Assembly (NCBI GenBank): GCA_001695645.1
Contig: LVZN01000019.1
Location: forward strand, 1-32,000
From: Erysipelotrichaceae bacterium MTC7
GTDB lineage: Bacteria > Bacillota_I > Bacilli_A > Erysipelotrichales > Erysipelotrichaceae
Direction: 5' to 3'
DNA: 32,000 nucleotides
Position 1 is the first letter of the stretch. Each line of letters starts with the position of its first letter. This document shows positions 20,822-28,853 of the stretch, piece by piece. The notes under the pieces were generated by a model. The model was not told the DNA's origin and ran no database searches. It saw only the letters and a program-made list of their open reading frames with translations. The position numbers and the translations under genes are program-made.

Positions 20822-22138
20822 ATGAAAGAAAAAATACGTTTAACTGGTACGGTTATAGATTATACATACGATGGAATGGGTGTTGTTAAAGTGGATAACT
20901 TCACGTATTTTGTACGTGGGGTTTTGTTGCATGAAGAAGTTGAATTTCTTGTTTTAAAACGCAATAAAAACTTAGGATATGGAAAAGTGGAACGAATTAT
21001 AAAAGAAAGCGAACATCGTATTATACCTTCATGTCCATACTTTCCAAAATGTGGAGGATGTCATATCATGCATATGGATGAACAAGCCCAATTGGACTTC
21101 AAACATCGCATTGTAAAACAAAATATCAAGAACATTGGAAAACTAGACATTGAAGTGCGCAAACCACTTGCTAGTAATGCCTATCATTATCGCAACAAAG
21201 CGCAGTTTCCTGTACAAGCACAACCATTTGCAATGGGGTTTTATCGACAACGTTCCAATGATTTGGTCGATATTCAGACCTGTCTTGTACAAAGTGAATT
21301 AATCGATACCATTTACAAAGAATTACGTGCAATCAAAGATACAAGTTTTGTCGAAGATGTGCGTCACGTGTTAATTAAACATGCATTTGTCAGTGGGGAA
21401 GTCATGGTTGCCTTTATCATGCGGAAGGATCATAAAGATGAAATTGCTGCATTTATGAAACCTTTACTAGATAGATATCCGATCGTTTCTTTACTACAAA
21501 ACATTAACACAAGAAATGATAATGTGATTTTAGGTGATCATATTGATGTGATTGATGGAAAACCATCCATTGTTGAAGAACTTGATGGATTACAATTCCA
21601 AATTTCATTACATTCATTTTTTCAAATCAATCCAAAGCAAACCATTCATCTATATGATGAAGCAATCAAAGCAGCGAATATCACCAAAGACGATACCGTG
21701 ATTGATTTATATTGTGGTGTTGGAAGTATCACCTTGTTTCTTGCTAGACAAGCAAAGCATGTAACTGGAGTAGAAATCGTAGCTCCTGCAATTGAAAACG
21801 CCAAAATCAACCAACAGTTGAATCAAATAGACAATGTTTCATTTATTTGTAGTGATGCAGGTACATATGCAAGTAAAGTTGTCGCAAGTAAAAACTATCC
21901 GGACGTCATATTTGTGGATCCACCACGAAAAGGATTGGATGCATTAACCATTGAAAGTACGGTAAAAATGCAACCAAGAACAATCGCATATATTTCATGT
22001 AATCCAGCAACACTAGCAAGAGATATTGCGATATACAAAGAACATGGATATACGTGTGAATATGTACAACCTGTAGATATGTTTCCAAACACGTATCACG
22101 TTGAGACGGTAGTATTGATGTCAAGGGTTGATAAGTAA
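20822..22138 (+). CDS. rlmD: 23S rRNA (uracil-C5)-methyltransferase, RumA/RlmD family
   Basis: I prefer the ATG at 20822 (GGAGG at 20811-20815) over the ORF-track start at 20717, which overlaps the previous gene. TRAM-like N-terminus, Fe-S Cys cluster CPYFPKCGGC, SAM motif DLYCGVGS, and catalytic ISCNPAT. Confidence 0.9.
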   Translation: MKEKIRLTGTVIDYTYDGMGVVKVDNFTYFVRGVLLHEEVEFLVLKRNKNLGYGKVERIIKESEHRIIPSCPYFPKCGGCHIMHMDEQAQLDFKHRIVKQNIKNIGKLDIEVRKPLASNAYHYRNKAQFPVQAQPFAMGFYRQRSNDLVDIQTCLVQSELIDTIYKELRAIKDTSFVEDVRHVLIKHAFVSGEVMVAFIMRKDHKDEIAAFMKPLLDRYPIVSLLQNINTRNDNVILGDHIDVIDGKPSIVEELDGLQFQISLHSFFQINPKQTIHLYDEAIKAANITKDDTVIDLYCGVGSITLFLARQAKHVTGVEIVAPAIENAKINQQLNQIDNVSFICSDAGTYASKVVASKNYPDVIFVDPPRKGLDALTIESTVKMQPRTIAYISCNPATLARDIAIYKEHGYTCEYVQPVDMFPNTYHVETVVLMSRVDK

Positions 22139-22168
22139 GCGTGTAATAAGATAAGTAAATAAAGGCTT

Positions 22169-22218
22169 TCCGTGATTTGAGGTCTGGTTCTAAGCCGGAA
22201 GGATAATCACGGATTTTT
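22169..22218 (+). terminator. Terminator-like hairpin after rlmD
   Basis: Perfect 9-bp stem TCCGTGATT (22169-22177) / AATCACGGA (22205-22213) followed by T5 (22214-22218). The loop is unusually long at 27 nt. Confidence 0.55.
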
Positions 22219-22283
22219 GCTTTAAGGGAAGTTATCCAAGATTGGTGAATTTGAAAGTCTGTCCATGGAAAGATTTATTGGGG

Positions 22284-22325
22284 TGGTGAGTTGATAAAAT
22301 GGTTGGCAAAATAATGGTGAGTTGA
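22284..22325 (+). repeat. 11-bp direct repeat TGGTGAGTTGA x2, 31 bp apart
   Basis: Copies at 22284-22294 and 22315-22325. The second overlaps a TTGACA (22322-22327) that sits 16 nt upstream of TATAGT (22344-22349). Confidence 0.5.
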
Positions 22326-22416
22326 CATGATGGATAGAATAAATATAGTATCAATCTCTAGTGTCTAAGAGTATATTTTTTTAACTCCACTCTTCACTTA
22401 TCTATCAAGTCTTATA

Positions 22417-22445
22417 TTGACAAAAGGACATCAGGGTGCTAAACT
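22417..22445 (+). promoter_or_regulatory. Candidate sigma-A promoter of the methyltransferase gene
   Basis: -35 TTGACA (22417-22422), 17-nt spacer, extended -10 TGcTAAACT (22437-22445). It lies about 12 nt upstream of the ORF start region. Confidence 0.6.
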
Positions 22446-22457
22446 AAATTAACAAGG

Positions 22458-24488
22458 ATGAAAGGGGATGTGAATTTGAGATTTATTGGATCGAAATCTA
22501 ATTTAATTAACGAGATAGATAAGATAGTAAAAAAGAATATTCATGGAGATGAAGAAACATTTTTAGATTTGTTTGCAGGGACAAATATCGTCGGAGAATA
22601 CTTCAAAAAGGATTTTACGATTTATTCTAATGATATATTATATTTTAGCTACGTCAACGCAAAAGCTGTAATTGAAAATAACGGGAATTTGACATTTTCA
22701 AAGTTAAAGTTAGCGGGTATTGAATCTCCGCTAGACTATTTGCAGGAAAATGCCGAAAGATATATTCAGAATAGTGTCGTAGGTTACTATGAGCAAAACT
22801 ATACGCCTACAGGGGGGGCGATGTATCTCACCGTACAAAATGGGAAAAGAATTGACTATATTAGGGATAAGATTGATGTATGGAAAACTGAGAAGTTGAT
22901 AACAGATAATGAATTCTACTATTTACTTTCATCGTTAATAGAATCTATCCCTTATGTTAGTAATACTACGGGAACATATGGTGCGTATCTAAAACATTGG
23001 GATAAGAGAGCACTTAAATCATTAGAGCTTATACCTTTAGTTGTTCAGGATAACAAAAAAGAGAACAAAGCATATAACGAAGATGCTAATATACTAATTA
23101 ATAATAAAAAAGTGGATATTGCGTATATTGATACACCATATAATAATAGGCAATATGCTTCTAATTATCATTTGCTAGAAAATATTGCTAAAAATGATAA
23201 ACCAGAATTAAATGGCAAGACCAGAATTTTTGAATGGAGCAATTTAAAAAGTGATTACTCTATTAAGAGAAAAGCATTGACAGCAATGAAGGACTTATTA
23301 AATAATCTACAAGCTAAGCACATAATTTTGAGTTATAACAATGAAGGTATCATACCAGAGGATGAATTAATATCATTGATGAAAGAAAATTCTTTTGATG
23401 GGACAGTTCAGATAGAAAGAATTCCGTATCGGAAATACAAGTCAAAGAAACCTTCTAAAAGCGATGAATTATATGAAATTCTTATTTATGTTCAGAAGGA
23501 GGCAATTACTAATAAAAAGAGTAAAAGTATGTACATTGCTAAATCAAAACCAAGTAAATGGATTGGAGAAAAGCAGCGTTTAATCAAAAGTCCTCTAAAC
23601 TATATAGGTGGAAAGTTCAAGTTGCTAAAGCAGATTCTTCCGTTGTTTCCCTCTGAGATAGATACGTTTGTTGATCTATTTAGTGGGGGGGCTAATGTTG
23701 GAATCAATGTGGAAGCTAAACATTATATTTTTAATGATATGAACAATCGGATTAATGAGATGTTTCGCTATTTTGCAAAACAAGAAGTAGAATATCTAAT
23801 AGGTAGTATACGAAAGAGAATTGCTGAATATGACTTAACTAAGGAAAATGAGGAAGGGTATTTAGAATTTAGAAATCAATATAATAAAAATCCAAATCCA
23901 TTAGATTTATATGTGTTGGTATCGTTTAGTTATAATTATCAGTTTCGTTTTAATAACTCCATGGAATTTAACAATCCATTTGGACGCAACAGGAGTAGGT
24001 TCAGTGATAATATGGAAAAAAACTTAAGATTATTTGTCAACAAACTACACGAAATAGATGCCGAATTTACAGATGAGTTTTTCAATGAATTAGATTTATC
24101 TTGGTTGGGTGAAAAGGATTTTGTTTATTTAGATCCTCCGTATTTAATAACTACTGGTAACTATAATGATGGAAACAGAGGGTTTGTAAACTGGGGTATA
24201 GAACAAGAACGTGATATGTATAAATTGATGGACAAACTATCAAGGCAAGGAGTGAGGTATGCCCTTAGTAATGTAATAGAACATAAAGGTAAAAAAAACG
24301 AGCTACTTAAGGAATATATAAATACATCAAACGTAAGAGTCCATTATTTAGAATATAACTATAATAACTCGTCTCATAACTCCAAGGGAACAGGGAGTAC
24401 CGAAGTATTAATTACGAACTATGAGACAAGCAATTTCGATTTACTAACAGATAGAATTGGTTCTATTCGAAAAATTGCAAGTTCATAA
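22458..24488 (+). CDS. Fused two-domain N6-adenine DNA methyltransferase (Dam/D12 class x2), M.FokI-like
   Basis: Module 1: 'RFIGSKSNL', motif I DLFAGTNIVG, motif IV DTPY (23130-23141). Module 2 (from about 23590): 'LNYIGGKFKLL', DLFSGGANVG, DPPY (24132-24143). The layout and many strings match my recollection of M.FokI (starts MRFIGSK). The real start may therefore be the TTG at 22476, preceded by AAAGGGGA. Confidence 0.88.
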   Translation: MKGDVNLRFIGSKSNLINEIDKIVKKNIHGDEETFLDLFAGTNIVGEYFKKDFTIYSNDILYFSYVNAKAVIENNGNLTFSKLKLAGIESPLDYLQENAERYIQNSVVGYYEQNYTPTGGAMYLTVQNGKRIDYIRDKIDVWKTEKLITDNEFYYLLSSLIESIPYVSNTTGTYGAYLKHWDKRALKSLELIPLVVQDNKKENKAYNEDANILINNKKVDIAYIDTPYNNRQYASNYHLLENIAKNDKPELNGKTRIFEWSNLKSDYSIKRKALTAMKDLLNNLQAKHIILSYNNEGIIPEDELISLMKENSFDGTVQIERIPYRKYKSKKPSKSDELYEILIYVQKEAITNKKSKSMYIAKSKPSKWIGEKQRLIKSPLNYIGGKFKLLKQILPLFPSEIDTFVDLFSGGANVGINVEAKHYIFNDMNNRINEMFRYFAKQEVEYLIGSIRKRIAEYDLTKENEEGYLEFRNQYNKNPNPLDLYVLVSFSYNYQFRFNNSMEFNNPFGRNRSRFSDNMEKNLRLFVNKLHEIDAEFTDEFFNELDLSWLGEKDFVYLDPPYLITTGNYNDGNRGFVNWGIEQERDMYKLMDKLSRQGVRYALSNVIEHKGKKNELLKEYINTSNVRVHYLEYNYNNSSHNSKGTGSTEVLITNYETSNFDLLTDRIGSIRKIASS

Positions 24489-24497
24489 TAAAAGAGT

Positions 24498-24542
24498 TTA
24501 AGTGCACAAAACTTGAGATAATCCCGAAGTCTGTGCACTTAA
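24498..24542. terminator. Bidirectional terminator between the convergent M and R genes
   Basis: Perfect 11-bp inverted repeat TTAAGTGCACA (24498-24508) / TGTGCACTTAA (24532-24542) with a 23-nt loop. A-rich on the left flank and T-rich on the right. Confidence 0.65.
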
Positions 24543-24550
24543 TTTATTTG

Positions 24551-26296
24551 TCAATTATTAACCCAAAGAATCTCTTTATTATCAATATAGTCTGAGATTC
24601 TATTAGCATCGAGTTCGCCTCTTAGTACAGCATTAGCGCCAAGTAGCAGCTGCTCAACGTTTAATGCCGCCCCTTTTGTATTAGTTCGATTATACGTGCT
24701 TTCTATCTGTTCTTGAAATCTTCCTATAAATTTACTAGAGACCCACATAAAATAATACTTTTCTTTTTTAATACTTGACGGGAAGTTATTCCACCATTCT
24801 ATAGGATTACGTGTTGTATCTCTATATTGATTATCTTCAATATATCTTACCATTTCATCTTCTTGACTAATTGATTTGCTATATCCAGTACTATATGCCT
24901 TCGTGTCAATGATCATTCCAAAGTTAGCATTAAATACAAGGCAATCTGGTTTTCTCCCGCCGCCTAGCAAAACAGATTTTAAACCATAAACCTTTTTGAA
25001 AATTTCTGCAGTAATAATTTCGAAATCTCTATTTCTATTTCCATCAAAAGCAATTTCGAGCAGTTCAATATATTTTGCGGGTAAATCTGTTTTATTCATA
25101 AATTCAGCTTTACGTTGCTCTGATGCTTTATCTTTTAATTCCTTTGTGAGATTTAGTTTAGGTATTTCAAAATCAACTAGTAAGTCCTTCAACTCAATAT
25201 TAGGGCCGTTCTTCTCAATACGTATTCCAAAAGTGTTTAACCCTTGAATATCATTTTCAATAATTTTAGGATCATCATTGAAGCCCAGTTGCTGAAGTTT
25301 TTCCATTAAAACTTTAAATGACTTTGTTTCCTGCAAGAATTTCAATATATAGGAGCGTCTAGAGCGAATGTAATTTCTGTTTTCGCCCTCAACGGCTAAA
25401 AATTCCCAGGTTAGATATTTGGTAATACGCATATTTTTGGAGCTGCCATGTGCTTTTCGTAGTGCGTGGCTTCCCCGTCCTGTAATAGAAAACTCTTGGA
25501 AACCTGCTTTTTTTCCGTTAATCGTGTTAACAACAGTGCTATTTTTTTGCACAAAGCCAACTTTTTCTAACCAGGTCGATATCATACGTGCATATTTATC
25601 ACTAGTACCTTCAATATCTGACTTGATTTTTTTCTGTTCTTCATTTGTTCCACTGTTAAACCAGTCGAACATTAAGCTTTCATCATAGGATGTAAAACCT
25701 TTTTCACCAGAAAATCCTAATTGATTACCTATATAGAATTTACTAACTGGTCTAGTAGTTGATTCTAATATATTTAAAACTTGTGTTGCAGGAGGATAGC
25801 TTAAAAGAGAATTTCGGAGAATATTAATTTCATGTTCAGAATCATCAATAGATCGCGAAAATTCCCTACCCAAGGGCGTAATTGAGCACATATCCGTTTC
25901 GCGATTGTGTTTTACAAAATTTAGACTGAGAGCCCATCTTAAGTACCCATCAGATGTCCAATTATCAGTCCAAAACTTGCCTTTAGTCTTAGAGGATTGT
26001 GGTAATATTGTGATTTGTATTAACGCATCTGCAACAGCTTCAGATCTCGATTTAGGGGATCTTCCATGTTTGTTTTTTGAAGTACCTACGAGATCTAGAT
26101 ATGAGAATTCTTCAATTTTTCGAGTGAACTTATTTAATAAGTCAGATTTTATATCATCAAAATAGATATAGCGTGAAATCAAATTGCTTTTGAGGTTTTC
26201 ATAATGTACAGAAGTATTGTCAAAAATCTGAACCACTAGTTTTAATTTTTTGAAGTCAGATGGATTCTGAACCCAACCATATGTGCGTGAAATCAT
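24551..26296 (-). CDS. Type IIS restriction endonuclease, FokI family
   Basis: Collinear with FokI over its whole length. Matches include N-terminal 'TYGWVQNP..F..LK.VVQ.FD', 'SYPPA', 'GFSGEKGFTS' and 'SDKYARMI'. The cleavage domain has 'YIELLEIA', 'GGGRKPD(451)', 'IID(464)TK(466)AYSTGY', 'QEDEMVRYIEDNQ' and 'NPIEWW'. The PD...DxK catalytic triad and the equivalents of FokI D483/R487 (here D480/R484) are present. SD AAGGAGA. Confidence 0.9.
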   Translation of the reverse strand: MISRTYGWVQNPSDFKKLKLVVQIFDNTSVHYENLKSNLISRYIYFDDIKSDLLNKFTRKIEEFSYLDLVGTSKNKHGRSPKSRSEAVADALIQITILPQSSKTKGKFWTDNWTSDGYLRWALSLNFVKHNRETDMCSITPLGREFSRSIDDSEHEINILRNSLLSYPPATQVLNILESTTRPVSKFYIGNQLGFSGEKGFTSYDESLMFDWFNSGTNEEQKKIKSDIEGTSDKYARMISTWLEKVGFVQKNSTVVNTINGKKAGFQEFSITGRGSHALRKAHGSSKNMRITKYLTWEFLAVEGENRNYIRSRRSYILKFLQETKSFKVLMEKLQQLGFNDDPKIIENDIQGLNTFGIRIEKNGPNIELKDLLVDFEIPKLNLTKELKDKASEQRKAEFMNKTDLPAKYIELLEIAFDGNRNRDFEIITAEIFKKVYGLKSVLLGGGRKPDCLVFNANFGMIIDTKAYSTGYSKSISQEDEMVRYIEDNQYRDTTRNPIEWWNNFPSSIKKEKYYFMWVSSKFIGRFQEQIESTYNRTNTKGAALNVEQLLLGANAVLRGELDANRISDYIDNKEILWVNN

Positions 26297-26320
26297 TTCA
26301 TTATCTCCTTACTTAGTAAA

Positions 26321-26536
26321 TTATAAACTATTATCTTTTATCGTCTCCATAATATCTTCAAGCTTGCAATCAAGTGCTTCACATATTTTAAGCAGAATAT
26401 CCGTAGTGATATTCTCGCCTTTACCAAGCTTTGCTATAGATGCAGAGCTTATACCGGTGGCATTCTTCAAATCTTGTTTATTCATATTTTTATCAATTAG
26501 CATTTTCCAGAGTTTGTTGTAGCTAATTCTGAGCAT
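26321..26536 (-). CDS. XRE-family (Cro/C1-type) HTH transcriptional regulator; possible C-protein-like controller of the R gene
   Basis: 71-aa protein with the HTH 'NKQDLKNATGISSASIAKLGKGE' and 'ILLKICEALDCKLEDIM'. SD AAAGGAGA. It ends 24 nt upstream of the R start. Confidence 0.85.
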   Translation of the reverse strand: MLRISYNKLWKMLIDKNMNKQDLKNATGISSASIAKLGKGENITTDILLKICEALDCKLEDIMETIKDNSL

Positions 26537-26562
26537 ATTTCTATCTCCTTTATTGGATTTCC

Positions 26563-26590
26563 ATCCTAATTGCTATATACATCATGTAAA
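26563..26590 (-). promoter_or_regulatory. Weak candidate internal promoter for the XRE-R pair
   Basis: On the minus strand: -35 TTTACA (26590-26585), 16-nt spacer, -10 TAGGAT (26568-26563). The -10 overlaps the ATPase stop codon and a GGATG pentamer. The match is only 4/6 in the -10. Confidence 0.3.
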
Positions 26591-28395
26591 AAACCATAAC
26601 GACTTTCTTTGTACTTACTTATATATTTGCCATGTGTAAATTCTATTACCTTAGCATCTCTAGCCTCATAATCTAAATCTGGAAGATCCTTTGTGTTTTC
26701 TACAACTATCATTTGTCCTTCGGATTGATTGTCAATAAAGTATTGGAATAGGGCGGTTCTCATGCTTGTAGGTGCATTATCATCGACGCCTTGATCAAGA
26801 CCAAGCAAAGGTGTATCCACCACAAAAATTCCTGGTCTATGTACAGCATCTTCGTGTAAATACTTTCTAAAAGTTAACCCTACAATTGTATTGATAAAAG
26901 CCCAGTAACCCTTACCATGACTATCTTCTTTTGCATAGCCATTTATTTCTAAATCAAATGTACCCATGTTGAAATGAGCCGTATTCAAATTTTCATATTT
27001 GCAGTCAACTAGAATTGAATATGCTATTTCATCTATACGTGTATTAAAATCGACAGGGAAGTGTTCTTTTGGTTTAAATTTTGGGTTATCCGAATCATCA
27101 CTTTCTTGCTTTTGTAATTCAACAATCCACTCTTGTGAAACGCTTTGCAATACAGTTGATTCTTGTTGTAATTGTATATAAGAGCGATATTGTTGTATTC
27201 CTTCTCTTAGTTTATTAGATTGCGGAGTAAGTTCAGTTTCGATTAATTTATCTATCCCCGATCTTTGTCTTTCAAGATGATCGATTTTTTCACGAACTTC
27301 ATTTAATGATGAAACGACATCTTCTTCACTCTCAGACAAGCCCTGCAATTGAGTAATGATGCGATTCAGTTCAGCTCTTGATGCTTTAATGTATGATTTT
27401 CTCTCTGCTGGTTGCATATTACCATCACAAAAAGGACATTTTTTATTTTTATCAACAGAGTGTAGATGTACCTCTCCATCTACAATAAATGATAATCTTT
27501 TTATATCAGCTGTATATTGGCTTCGTAGCGATTGAAAGTGAGAATAAGTAACTTGGTTTTCTGCTTCTTTTTCCTTTAAATCTAGTAAAGTACCTAGTAA
27601 ATCCTTACTCTCTTCTGTAGCAGCCGCAATAGCAGCTTCAGTTTCAGAAAGATTGTCAATTAGCTTTTGCATTTCATCTTCCACATCTAAATCGCTATAA
27701 GTAGACAATGCTTTTTGTAGCTCTTCTCTTTTTTTAGACATCTGAGAAATTCTACCGTTTACAAATTGGCGAACAGCATCTTTTTTAGCTTTGCTGATTT
27801 CATCCTTGTCATGTTCCTCCATATCTGGGTATTCATTTCCAGTGAGAAGATATAGAAGGGATGCAAAAAAATAAGGATTCTGAGTAGGCGATGAAGGTAA
27901 AAGCACCGATTTCGGATTTTCAATTTCTTGTTCTTTTAACCAAAACAATCCCATAAGAGTTTTCCATGAGAGGCGTTGTCTAGCAAAATCTTGATTTTTT
28001 ATTATCATTGGCAGTTTTTTAATACCAATCAATTTAAGCCAAAGTTCATTTAAAACAGGATTTTTATTCCCGTTACTCTTATATTTAACGTCATAGTCAC
28101 CACCATCAATTGAGTTAATTTGGCTGACCACGTTTACTATATTCTTTCCAACTATCCGAGAGAGATGAATAGTGCCTTCTGGGGTATTAATATCTAGGCT
28201 GACGCTATCATATCCTGTTTGTTCTTTTTCAAAAGGCTTTTCAATTACACCCATAGCAAACTGGATGCATTTTAATATGCAGGTCTTTCCGGAATCGGAA
28301 ACTCCACAAATGATATTTAATCCTTTATCAAAAGTTACAATAGCAGGGGACTTCCCTGTGCCGGTTGCTGTGACTTTAGAAATATAAAACGCCAT
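26566..28395 (-). CDS. SMC-like coiled-coil ABC ATPase (DUF3732/LmuB-like; ABC-3C ATPase component)
   Basis: Walker A GVSDSGKT (res 31-38). Long charged helical insertion at about res 195-430 with CPFC at res 320-323. Signature-like SHGKGYW, Walker B IFVVD(527)TP, and QMIVVEN. SD GGAAGGAG, with a 5-nt gap after the preceding gene. Confidence 0.85.
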   Translation of the reverse strand: MAFYISKVTATGTGKSPAIVTFDKGLNIICGVSDSGKTCILKCIQFAMGVIEKPFEKEQTGYDSVSLDINTPEGTIHLSRIVGKNIVNVVSQINSIDGGDYDVKYKSNGNKNPVLNELWLKLIGIKKLPMIIKNQDFARQRLSWKTLMGLFWLKEQEIENPKSVLLPSSPTQNPYFFASLLYLLTGNEYPDMEEHDKDEISKAKKDAVRQFVNGRISQMSKKREELQKALSTYSDLDVEDEMQKLIDNLSETEAAIAAATEESKDLLGTLLDLKEKEAENQVTYSHFQSLRSQYTADIKRLSFIVDGEVHLHSVDKNKKCPFCDGNMQPAERKSYIKASRAELNRIITQLQGLSESEEDVVSSLNEVREKIDHLERQRSGIDKLIETELTPQSNKLREGIQQYRSYIQLQQESTVLQSVSQEWIVELQKQESDDSDNPKFKPKEHFPVDFNTRIDEIAYSILVDCKYENLNTAHFNMGTFDLEINGYAKEDSHGKGYWAFINTIVGLTFRKYLHEDAVHRPGIFVVDTPLLGLDQGVDDNAPTSMRTALFQYFIDNQSEGQMIVVENTKDLPDLDYEARDAKVIEFTHGKYISKYKESRYGFLHDVYSN

Positions 28396-28400
28396 ACAGG

Positions 28401-28853
28401 TTACTCCTTCCTTAACGATTTAGACGCTTCTCTACTAATCAAATTAAGAAGTTCTTTTTCGTTTTTCGAATCCATATAAATAATAGCTTTGTGTGCATAC
28501 AATCTATATTCATTGGCATAATCAGAAGCTAGGGAACTGCATAAGGCAAGTCCACGTTCTGTAATAGAATATATAAAGCCATCATTTGAATAAGAAACCC
28601 TAACCAAGTTTTCTAAAACAAGCTGTTTAATAGCTTGTTGTGATAATGATCTTCTCGCAGAAAATTCAGAAAAACTAAATTCATTATCACCATGAAGATT
28701 GCTATTTGATAATCCAAATTCTTTTGAGTAATTTGAAATAAAATCTGCTGTTACCAGCTTATCAATTGTAAACTTATTATTATTAGACAATGATAAGACA
28801 AGTAGTAATCTCATTGATATTTCAAATTCAGTATTGAAAACTTTATCATTCAT
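28401..28853 (-). CDS. Small winged-HTH protein (ABC-3C middle component / LmuC-like)
   Basis: I prefer the start at M11 (ATG 28853-28851), giving an ATGAATGA overlap with the upstream stop; the ORF-track start is 28883. It is a helical protein ending in a helix-wing pattern, 'QQAIKQLVLENLVRVSYSNDGFIYSITERG'. Confidence 0.72.
   Translation of the reverse strand: MNDKVFNTEFEISMRLLLVLSLSNNNKFTIDKLVTADFISNYSKEFGLSNSNLHGDNEFSFSEFSARRSLSQQAIKQLVLENLVRVSYSNDGFIYSITERGLALCSSLASDYANEYRLYAHKAIIYMDSKNEKELLNLISREASKSLRKE

Noticed and set aside
22223-22238. TAAGGGA...TATCCA at 22223-22238 resembling TAAGGGA...TATCCA at 30298-30316, as possible direct repeats flanking the AT-rich cargo cassette
   Set aside because: The blocks are only 7 + 6 nt, with different internal spacing (3 against 6 nt) and no extended identity. 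This is within chance expectation and is not evidence of an insertion boundary without comparative data.
22139-22457. A tRNA or tmRNA gene as the island integration target next to rlmD
   Set aside because: I found no cloverleaf-compatible stems, conserved T-loop (GTTCRANYC) or CCA-type end in the junction. The only strong structure is the terminator-like hairpin.
24996-26522. + strand ORFs of 83, 89, 86 and 79 aa antisense to the FokI-like and XRE genes. The + strand ORFs at 26999-27181 and 28172-28387 are likewise antisense to the ATPase gene.
   Set aside because: They are shadow frames in AT-rich DNA, with Ser/Phe/Leu-rich translations and no SD. The minus-strand genes have strong family-level support.
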